Assembly (NCBI GenBank): GCA_945877355.1
Contig: CAMCRT010000002.1
Span: 3,084-67,083, forward strand
Length of the DNA stretch: 64,000 nt
From: an uncultured Mitsuokella sp.
GTDB lineage: Bacteria; Bacillota; Negativicutes; Selenomonadales; Selenomonadaceae
Direction: 5' to 3'
The notes beneath the pieces were generated by a model that worked only from the letters and a program-made list of their open reading frames with translations, was not told where the DNA came from and ran no database searches. The translations under genes and the position numbers were made by a program. Positions 1 to 6,726 of the stretch are shown here, one piece after another. Each line of letters starts with the position of its first letter. Positions within the stretch are counted from its first letter, which is position 1.

Positions 1-59
1 GCCTATACTTCATCGCCGACCCAGACGGCTACTGGACGGAGATTCTCCCAGCTCGCTGA
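1..59 (+). CDS. 3' end of a VOC/glyoxalase-family gene (partial, starts upstream of window)
   Basis: The frame from nt 3 reads LYFIADPDGYWTEILPAR-stop (TGA 57-59). A DPDGYW.EI tail is typical of glyoxalase I/VOC C-termini. Only 18 codons are visible. Confidence 0.4.
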   Translation, partial: LYFIADPDGYWTEILPAR

Positions 60-273
60 CCCAAGCCCCCTTCTGGGGGGTGCCCTGAAAGGGCAGGGGG
101 AGCTCGTCCGTAGGACCTTTCAGAAAAGGTGGGCTCAGACATCCGGTTACCGTACCAGCATTTAGCAGGTAGTGTCCGGTCGATATGTCAGAGCATTGAT
201 GTTGATTCCTACGGGCGGGCTCCTTCCGTCACGCTTCGCGTGCCACCTCCCTCCCTGAGGGAGGCATTAAAAT

Positions 274-307
274 AGCCTCGCAGGCTTGATTCTGCGAGGC
301 TGTTTTT
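274..307. terminator. Bidirectional rho-independent terminator
   Basis: 10-bp stem 274-283/292-301 (AGCCTCGCAG/CTGCGAGGCT) with an 8-nt loop. GTTTTT follows on the plus strand and an A-run (269-272) precedes it, giving a T-run on the minus strand downstream of the MFS gene. Confidence 0.7.
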
Positions 308-313
308 GTGATT

Positions 314-1498
314 TTACGCTTTTTTTGTCCGAACGAATATGAAATAGCAGACATAGGAGAGGAGGAAGCATACCAGCATGATGGTCGCCATGGGCATGGC
401 GGATTTGCTGCCGGCGATGCCCACGAGGGGCATCATGGCGCTGCCGAGGATCATCTGGAAGAAACCGAGGATTGCGGAGGCGCTTCCGGCGCTCTTTCCC
501 TGGGCGGCGAGGGCGAGGGAGAAGCTGGCGGAGCTCAGCACGGAGAGGGGGACAATGGTGAGGAAGAGAATGGGGAGGACGACGGCGATGGGCATCTCGA
601 GGTAAAGCGCCGCGAAGAAGGCGACGCTTGCCAGGAACTGCACCAGCAGGGAGGAATGGAGCATCGTCTCGTCGCTCACGCGCCCGGCAAGGCGTGCAGG
701 AATCGCGCCGGCGGCCATGAGGCCGAGGCCGATGCCGCCGAAGATGAAGCTGTATACCTGGGCCGATACGCCATAGATCTCCTGAAAAAGGAAGGAGGAG
801 CCGGCGATATAGGAGAAGAAGCCGCCGAAGGTGAAGCACTGGAGAAGGCAGTGGCCGACGAAGTAGCGGTTCGTCAGGAGGGAGGGAAGCTTCTTCAGGC
901 TGGAGAGGACATCTGCGGCCCGCTCTGCTGAGGGGAGTGTCTCCGTAAAGCGCAGGGACTGGACGAACTGGAAGATGCCGACGAAGGTCAGGAGGGCGAA
1001 GACACCGCGCCAGGAGGCGAAGAGTAGCACCTGGCCGCCGATGACGGGGGCGAGAATCGGCGCGAGTCCATTGACCATCATGAGGACGGCGAAGAACCGG
1101 GTGAGTTCTGTGCCCTCACAGACATCGCGGGATATGGCCCGGGCGATGACGATGCCGCTGGCACCGGAAAAGCCCTGGACAAAGCGCAGGACGAGGAATG
1201 GTGTGAGATTCTCCACGAAGCAGGCGAGGAGGCTGGCGAGGCCGAAGACGACCATGCTGATGAGAAGCGGCCTGCGCCTGCCGAACCGGTCACTCAAGGG
1301 TCCTATGATGATCTGGCCGATGGCCATGCCCGCCATGGTCATGGTGAGGGTGAGCTGGATCTGGGAGGTGGAGGCGTGGAAGGCGTCCTGCATGGCAGGC
1401 AGGGAGGGCAGGTACATGTCCGTCGCCAGCGGCGCCATAGCCGATAGCAGCCCGAGAAACACGATGAGCCAGGTGCGGCTCTGGGGTGTATTCGTCAT
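314..1498 (-). CDS. MFS drug-efflux transporter, Bcr/CflA-like
   Basis: 394-aa ORF with about 12 hydrophobic segments. The N-terminal LSAMAPLATDMYLPSLP...GPLSDRFGRRRPLL matches the MFS/Bcr-CflA signature. Confidence 0.85.
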   Translation of the reverse strand: MTNTPQSRTWLIVFLGLLSAMAPLATDMYLPSLPAMQDAFHASTSQIQLTLTMTMAGMAIGQIIIGPLSDRFGRRRPLLISMVVFGLASLLACFVENLTPFLVLRFVQGFSGASGIVIARAISRDVCEGTELTRFFAVLMMVNGLAPILAPVIGGQVLLFASWRGVFALLTFVGIFQFVQSLRFTETLPSAERAADVLSSLKKLPSLLTNRYFVGHCLLQCFTFGGFFSYIAGSSFLFQEIYGVSAQVYSFIFGGIGLGLMAAGAIPARLAGRVSDETMLHSSLLVQFLASVAFFAALYLEMPIAVVLPILFLTIVPLSVLSSASFSLALAAQGKSAGSASAILGFFQMILGSAMMPLVGIAGSKSAMPMATIMLVCFLLSYVCYFIFVRTKKA

Positions 1499-1700
1499 AG
1501 AGACTCCCTTTCATTGGATGAGATAACGCCTCTTAACATACCATGATTTTATTATAATCAAATAAAAATTTATAGAGCCCGAGCCCGCGAAACTGTTCAA
1601 AAATTCTTCGCAATATTCCAAAAGGACGCGAATATTCATGCAATATTTGCAGATCCATGGTATAATGTAGGTACGTCAGAAGAAAAGAGGAGGACCTAAG

Positions 1701-2939
1701 TTGAAGCAAGAGGCATATGATCTTTTGCAGGCAACCATCCACCAGGGCATTGATGCACTTTCGGCTTACTTCCTGCGGGCCGTAAGGAAAGACGTGCATC
1801 TTGTTGAAAGCGGCGGGGTGGAGTACTATCCAGCACATGCACTGCCGGCTGACGATAGGTTCCGCGAGCTCTTGGGGCGCATGCCCAGCTTTGCGGACGA
1901 CCAGTACTTTTACATCGAGCAGAAGCAGATGCTCGTGCTGAAGGTGAGCGTTACGGATGAGAAGGCAAAGCTCTACGCATTCATCCCAAAGGTGCGCAAG
2001 TCGGAGATTCCAGCCATCATGAAGGCCATGGATCCAGCGAGGATGACGCTGGCGTATATCCTGCGCTCCCAGCTAAGGGTGGGGCGGGATGTGGACGCCC
2101 GTACGGACGCCTTCTTCGCCAGCGTATTTAGCGGCGACCAGAAGCAGATCGTGGAGATTCTCGAGAAGAACGGTATCGAGATCAATCCGAAGCTCAACTA
2201 CGGCGTCATGCTGGTTGACCTCGGCAAGGATTTGCCGCCGGACACGGGGGTGGATTTCCGGGCGAGCCTTATCCAGCTGGCGCGGAAGCACGAGGAGGCA
2301 AAGCTCTATCCGATCCTGTGGAGAGGGCGGTATCTTGCCATCCTTTCGGGCTTCTACCCGGACGAGAGCCGGCCGAATACCTGGCCGGGAGCAGAGCTCA
2401 TCCACGAGTGGCAGATGAGCTTCTCGAAGGGACACAAGCTCACCGTGTCCATCGGCGTGGGCGACAGCCATCCCATCCAGGAAATCGCCAAGAGCTACCA
2501 GGAGGCCCGCATCGCCCTTGCCTTCGGCATGACGAAGGGGGAGCGGGGCTTTATCAAGTGGTACCGGAATCTCGGCATCCTGAACAACGTCTTCTCGAAG
2601 GGCGTGGAGAATGCGGCCAGGTTCTACCGGGAGACCCTGGGGAATCTCGTGCGCTACGACCGGGAGGGGGATGCGGATCTCTTGATGACCCTCCGGGTGC
2701 TGCTGGAGACGAATTTCAACTTCAAGCAGGCCTCGGAGAAGCTCTTCGTCCATATCAATACGGTGCGGTATCGCTATGAGCGAATCGCCCAGCTCCTCGA
2801 TACGGATCTGGAGAGCCCGGACACCCGGTTCAATCTCTATGCGGCTGTGCGCATCGGCGAGATCCTAAAGGAGCTCGATGCGCTGCCCTCGGGCTACATC
2901 GGCGATGTGAAGGGTGCGTCGGATACGATGCTCGGTTGA
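1701..2939 (+). CDS. PucR/CdaR-family transcriptional regulator
   Basis: 412-aa ORF with a TTG start 7 nt after AGAGGAGG. The C-terminal HTH NFKQASEKLFVHINTVRYRYERIAQLL is typical of the PucR C-terminal domain. Confidence 0.8.
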   Translation: MKQEAYDLLQATIHQGIDALSAYFLRAVRKDVHLVESGGVEYYPAHALPADDRFRELLGRMPSFADDQYFYIEQKQMLVLKVSVTDEKAKLYAFIPKVRKSEIPAIMKAMDPARMTLAYILRSQLRVGRDVDARTDAFFASVFSGDQKQIVEILEKNGIEINPKLNYGVMLVDLGKDLPPDTGVDFRASLIQLARKHEEAKLYPILWRGRYLAILSGFYPDESRPNTWPGAELIHEWQMSFSKGHKLTVSIGVGDSHPIQEIAKSYQEARIALAFGMTKGERGFIKWYRNLGILNNVFSKGVENAARFYRETLGNLVRYDREGDADLLMTLRVLLETNFNFKQASEKLFVHINTVRYRYERIAQLLDTDLESPDTRFNLYAAVRIGEILKELDALPSGYIGDVKGASDTMLG

Positions 2940-2954
2940 CGCGTGTATTCGCCA

Positions 2955-3003
2955 AGAAAAAAGCGGCTATTCCAGTGTTTTGCTGGGATAGCCGCTTTTC
3001 TTG
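2955..3003. terminator. Bidirectional rho-independent terminator between convergent genes
   Basis: 15-bp stem 2961-2975/2983-2997 (AAGCGGCTATTCCAG/CTGGGATAGCCGCTT), flanked by an A-run on the 5' side and a T-run on the 3' side. Confidence 0.75.
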
Positions 3004-3459
3004 TCAGCGGTTTCGGCGGGCTAGGGCACGGATGACCTTTGCGCCTGTGTTGTGGATCTTGCGGAGCGGTGCCACGTGGGTCGTCGTCTTCGGGCGGATG
3101 TCCTTCGGCGTGCCGAAGTCGCCGCGCTTCAGAATCGTCGTCTTGATCTTGTCCGGCTTGAAGAACTCCCGGACGGAGCTGGCGATGTTGTCGGGCTGTG
3201 CATTCTCGCGGCAGACGAAGATATCGAGGGCCACGTAGCGGAGGGCGGTGTAGACGTGGACCGTGAGGTGCCCCTCCTGGAAGAGCATCATGATGGCATA
3301 GTGATCCTCGGCGATGCGCTCGGAGATGCAGTCGATGAGGGTGAACTCCGTGCGGCCGGGGACATCCTTGAGCTCCTGCTGGATGGCTTCGATATTGGTA
3401 AGCTTGTTGTTTTTGCAATTAAATAGGTCAGCCGTGAGATGGCGAGCTAATATTTTCAT
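3004..3459 (-). CDS. S-adenosylmethionine decarboxylase (SpeD/AdoMetDC class 1)-like protein lacking the processing serine
   Basis: 151 aa. ARHLTADLFNC...IMMLFQEGHLTVHVY...DIFVC aligns with the Bacillus SpeD pattern GRHVISELWGC...VVIISESHLTIHSFPE...DVYTCG. The ES cleavage site reads EG here. Confidence 0.7.
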   Translation of the reverse strand: MKILARHLTADLFNCKNNKLTNIEAIQQELKDVPGRTEFTLIDCISERIAEDHYAIMMLFQEGHLTVHVYTALRYVALDIFVCRENAQPDNIASSVREFFKPDKIKTTILKRGDFGTPKDIRPKTTTHVAPLRKIHNTGAKVIRALARRNR

Positions 3460-3567
3460 GCGCGGCTCTCCTTAAATGATTTACAGAATATATTCATGAG
3501 ACATTATACAGGGAAGATATGGGGCTCGTCAAGAAATACGGTGCTTGCGATGGATTATTCTTTTGCG

Positions 3568-3611
3568 TGTTGCATAGGCAACGTATTTATGAAGCTTTCT
3601 TATGCTATAAT
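3568..3611 (+). promoter_or_regulatory. Promoter of the crp/fnr-ccm operon: TGTTGC-N4-GCAACG box plus extended -10
   Basis: Inverted repeat GTTGC(3569-3573)-ATAG-GCAAC(3578-3582). An extended -10 TGCTATAAT (3603-3611) follows 20 nt later, so the box centre is about 30 nt upstream of the -10 (class II geometry). The same box occurs at 8892-8907. Confidence 0.55.
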
Positions 3612-3704
3612 GTTCTAAAAACGCAGAAAACAATATAAATAGGAAGCGTATTTTGTTGTGTTCACGAGAATGAGATGGAAATGGGAGATAAATAGGAGGA
3701 ATCC

Positions 3705-4382
3705 ATGCAAATCAGTCAGCTGAAGCTTCACACGCTGCCTCTGTTTTGCGGCATTACGGAGCAGGAAATCAATGCCTTCCTCGAGGCGACGGGGGCGACC
3801 TGCAAGGAGTATGAGAAGGGGAATCGCATCACCCGGGCCTATGAGCGGAATGCCTGCATCGGCGTCCTCGTGGAGGGCAAGGCCCATGCCCTGTCGGAGA
3901 ACCGCTTCGGGGAGGAGGCCATCGGCCATGTGCTGGAAAGGGGGGCGCTCATCGGCAGCGCCTCCGCTATCCTGGGTGGAGTCCGGGATATGGGGGATGC
4001 CTCTGTGGAGGCCCGGGGCCGGGCTGTCGTCCTGTGGGTGCCCTACCGGGCCCTCATCACGGCGGGGCCGAAGCTCGCCCGCATCCACGGCGTCGTCATG
4101 AAGAACCTCCTGGAGGCCTTTTGCTGGAAGAATGTGCGGATGCTGGAGAAAATCGAGCTCCTCTCCCAGAAGACCCTCCGGGAGCGGCTCATCCTCTACC
4201 TCTTGCAGCAGGAAAGGCTCCAGGGGACGGCACGGGTCCAGGTGCCAGGGCGCGTGCAGCTCGCCAAGGAGCTCCAGTGCAACAGGAGCGCCCTGACCCG
4301 GGAGGTGTCCCTCATGCAGGCAGAGGGGCTTCTCACCAGCGAGGGGGATGTGATGACCCTCAATAAGGAAGCGATAGGCTGA
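3705..4382 (+). CDS. Crp/Fnr-family transcriptional regulator
   Basis: 225 aa with an N-terminal cNMP-binding-like beta-roll (LFCGITEQEINAFL...) and a C-terminal HTH (GRVQLAKELQCNRSALTREVSLMQAEGLL). There is no FNR-type N-terminal Cys cluster. Confidence 0.85.
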   Translation: MQISQLKLHTLPLFCGITEQEINAFLEATGATCKEYEKGNRITRAYERNACIGVLVEGKAHALSENRFGEEAIGHVLERGALIGSASAILGGVRDMGDASVEARGRAVVLWVPYRALITAGPKLARIHGVVMKNLLEAFCWKNVRMLEKIELLSQKTLRERLILYLLQQERLQGTARVQVPGRVQLAKELQCNRSALTREVSLMQAEGLLTSEGDVMTLNKEAIG

Positions 4383-4383
4383 T

Positions 4384-5007
4384 ATGGGAAAGATTACATT
4401 TCAGGATGTGGGTCAGAGCTTCCAGGGGCGCAGCATATTCTCCCATCGGAATGATGTGGTGGAGGGCGGCTGCATCACGGCGGTCTGCGGGGCGAATGGC
4501 AGCGGCAAATCCACATTTTTGCGGCTGGCGGCCCATCTCCTTTTGCCCACAGAGGGGCATGTCTCCGTCAGAGAGGCGGGGGAGGAGCTTCGTCGGGAGG
4601 CGCTTTTCCGTCGGCTCTCCCTTGTCACGCCGGAGATGCGGCTCTATCCCAGGCTCTCAGCCCGGGAGAACCTCGATTTTTTCCTGGGGCTTCGGGGCGT
4701 GCGGCTCACGGATGAGGACTATGAAGCGCTCTTGGCGCGGGTGGGCCTCCGGGGGTCGGAGCTCCGGGATACCTGGGCAGGGGCCTATTCCACGGGCATG
4801 TGCCAGCGGCTGAAGCTCGCCTGTCTCTTTGCCTCAGGAGCTGCCTTCTGGCTGCTGGATGAGCCGGGGGCGAACCTCGACGCGGAAGGATCCGCTATGG
4901 TGCTCCGGGAGGCGCGTCGGGCGGCGGAGCGTGGCTGCGTCGTGCTCCTTGCCACGAATGACCCGAGAGAGGAGGCGGCAGCCGATGAAGTCATCTCCAT
5001 GGCATGA
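4384..5007 (+). CDS. ccmA: Heme exporter ABC ATPase CcmA
   Basis: 207 aa with Walker A GANGSGKST, an ABC signature-like YSTGMCQR and Walker B FWLLDEP. It lies directly upstream of ccmB/C. Confidence 0.8.
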   Translation: MGKITFQDVGQSFQGRSIFSHRNDVVEGGCITAVCGANGSGKSTFLRLAAHLLLPTEGHVSVREAGEELRREALFRRLSLVTPEMRLYPRLSARENLDFFLGLRGVRLTDEDYEALLARVGLRGSELRDTWAGAYSTGMCQRLKLACLFASGAAFWLLDEPGANLDAEGSAMVLREARRAAERGCVVLLATNDPREEAAADEVISMA

Positions 5008-5656
5008 TGTCCGCCTCGTCTTTTTAAAGGAAATGAAGTCGGCCTTGCGGTTTCGGGCGGCCTGGGCGGCCATGCTCATGTTCGCCCTGACGACGCTCGC
5101 CTGCGTGAGCCTTGCCGTGCAGGGGGGAGCACTCTCGCCGCGGCTCCTGGCGGCACTCTACTGGACGGTGCTTTTCTTCGCCTCCATGGCGGGCATCGAC
5201 CGGGTCTTCGAGGCGGAGGATTCCTCCGGGACGCTCCTGGCGCTCCGGGTCTACGGCTCGGCGGATGCGGTGCTTTTTGGAAAGCTCCTCTATACCTTCT
5301 CCCTGCTCCTGGCACTTGCAATCCCCCTGACCCTTGCCTTTCTCCTGCTGATGGATGTGACGGTGGCGGAGCCTCTGCTGCTTCTCCTGCTGGTGCTGCT
5401 CGGCTGCTTCGGGCTGGCGGCGGCGGGGACGCTGGTGGCGGCATTGGGCCTTGGGGCGAGCGTCCGGGGGTCCCTCGCGCCGATTCTTTTGATGCCCCTG
5501 ATGCTTCCGATATTTCTGCCGGCGATATTTGTCACGGCGGGAGCCTTTGGCGGGGAGGCGGCTTCTCTGTCCTTCCTCCTGGGCATGGGGCTCTACGACG
5601 CGGTGCTGACGGTGGGGGCGTCCGTGCTTTTCCCCTACCTCTGGTATGCGGATTGA
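4985..5656 (+). CDS. ccmB: Heme exporter membrane protein CcmB
   Basis: Polytopic membrane ORF. I prefer the internal ATG at 4985 (MKSSPWHDVRLVFLKEMK...), which overlaps the ccmA end, over the track start 4829, which lies inside ccmA. Position between ccmA and ccmC supports the call. Confidence 0.75.
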   Translation: MKSSPWHDVRLVFLKEMKSALRFRAAWAAMLMFALTTLACVSLAVQGGALSPRLLAALYWTVLFFASMAGIDRVFEAEDSSGTLLALRVYGSADAVLFGKLLYTFSLLLALAIPLTLAFLLLMDVTVAEPLLLLLLVLLGCFGLAAAGTLVAALGLGASVRGSLAPILLMPLMLPIFLPAIFVTAGAFGGEAASLSFLLGMGLYDAVLTVGASVLFPYLWYAD

Positions 5657-5675
5657 TTTTGAAAGGTGAGACCGC

Positions 5676-6326
5676 ATGAATGTAAAGAAAACCCTAGGCA
5701 TACTTCTCGCGCTCCTGACGGTGGCGGTGCTCTATGCGGTGTTTTTCCTGGTGCCGCCGGCAGAGGGGCTGGGCTACTATGTGCGCATCGCCTTTTTCCA
5801 TATCCCCATGGCCTGGGTGTCGGTGCTGGCCTTCCTCCTGAGCGCCTGGTGGGGGGCGATGTATCTTCGCCGTCGGGACATGCGCTTCGATGCGCTGAGC
5901 GCCCGGTCGGCAAAGCTCGGCTTCCTCTTCGTCCTGCTGGCGACGGGGAGCGGGGCGGTTTTCTCGAAGCTGACCTGGGGTGCCTACTGGAACTGGGATC
6001 CGCGGCAGACGACCATATTCGTGTTGCTCCTCATCTACGGAGCCTATCTGACGCTCCGGGCGGCGATGGGGGAGGCGCGGCTCCGGGCCCGGGCATCCGC
6101 CGTCTATGCACTGTTCTCCTTCCTGACGGTCCCGTTCCTCGTGTTTATCCTGCCCCGGCTCTATTTTTCCCTGCACCCATCGCCTGTCATAAATGGCAGC
6201 GGCTCGATTGATATGGATACGTCCATGCTGCTGACGCTTCTCGCATCGCTCGCGGACGGCACGCTTCTCTACGCCTTCCTGATGGCAGAAGGGAAGAAGG
6301 AGCCACGAAAGGAGGAAACCCCATGA
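5676..6326 (+). CDS. ccmC: Heme exporter/heme lyase subunit CcmC
   Basis: 216 aa with 6 TM segments and the WWD motif WGAYWNWDPRQT. Confidence 0.9.
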   Translation: MNVKKTLGILLALLTVAVLYAVFFLVPPAEGLGYYVRIAFFHIPMAWVSVLAFLLSAWWGAMYLRRRDMRFDALSARSAKLGFLFVLLATGSGAVFSKLTWGAYWNWDPRQTTIFVLLLIYGAYLTLRAAMGEARLRARASAVYALFSFLTVPFLVFILPRLYFSLHPSPVINGSGSIDMDTSMLLTLLASLADGTLLYAFLMAEGKKEPRKEETP

Positions 6327-6697
6327 ATCGGAAAATCCTGCTCATCGTCCTGGCCCTGGCCTTCGTGGGCTACGCGGCCTACGGCTTTATGGACTCGGTC
6401 ACACCCTACGTGGGCATCGCAGAGGCGAAGAGCGCTGCGGGAAATGTCCAGGTGAAGGGTGTACTCGACAAGGCAGCCCCGGCACCTCACATGGAGGGCA
6501 ATGACTTCGTGTTCTCCCTGGCGGATGAGGAGACGGGGGAGACCATGACGGTGCACTATCATGGCATGAAGCCGGATCAGTTCGATGAGGCGGTCCACAT
6601 CGTCGCCATTGGCTCCTACAAGGACGGGGCCTTTGAGAGCGACAAGCTCCTCATCAAATGCCCGTCGAAGTATGAATCCATGCGCGGCAAATCCTGA
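6323..6697 (+). CDS. ccmE: Heme chaperone CcmE, Cys-type (CxxxY)
   Basis: 124 aa with an N-terminal TM anchor and an OB-fold-like body. The C-terminal LLIKCPSKYES places Cys113 where the canonical HxxxY His sits. Its ATG overlaps the ccmC stop. Confidence 0.85.
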   Translation: MNRKILLIVLALAFVGYAAYGFMDSVTPYVGIAEAKSAAGNVQVKGVLDKAAPAPHMEGNDFVFSLADEETGETMTVHYHGMKPDQFDEAVHIVAIGSYKDGAFESDKLLIKCPSKYESMRGKS

Positions 6698-6726
6698 GCC
6701 CCGCGCAGATAGAAGGAGGCCTTCCC

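Noticed and set aside
60-273. I considered the structured intergenic segment as an SRP RNA, a TPP riboswitch, a cobalamin riboswitch or a tmRNA/RNase P fragment.
   Set aside because: There is no GNRA-capped helix 8 with a GGAA/AGCA loop pattern in the right pairing. The CUGAGA...ACCUGAUCUGGAUAAUGCCAGCG-type TPP core appears in neither orientation. There is no B12 box, and the location between convergent gene ends is wrong for a riboswitch. It is kept only as an unclassified structured element.
4829-4984. The track start at 4829 for ccmB, and similar upstream-extended starts: 13757 for acpS, 26346 for ileS, 14143 for nnr, 20502 for glmM, 24373 for cbiL and 11824 for the LysR gene.
   Set aside because: These extensions overlap the preceding gene or a terminator hairpin and lack RBSs. 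The internal starts have Shine-Dalgarno sequences and give canonical N-termini.
6180-6330. A possible hidden or fused ccmD at the end of ccmC.
   Set aside because: The last hydrophobic segment (LLTLLASLADGTLLYAFLM) is needed as the sixth TM of CcmC. No separate small ORF fits between ccmB/ccmC or ccmC/ccmE.
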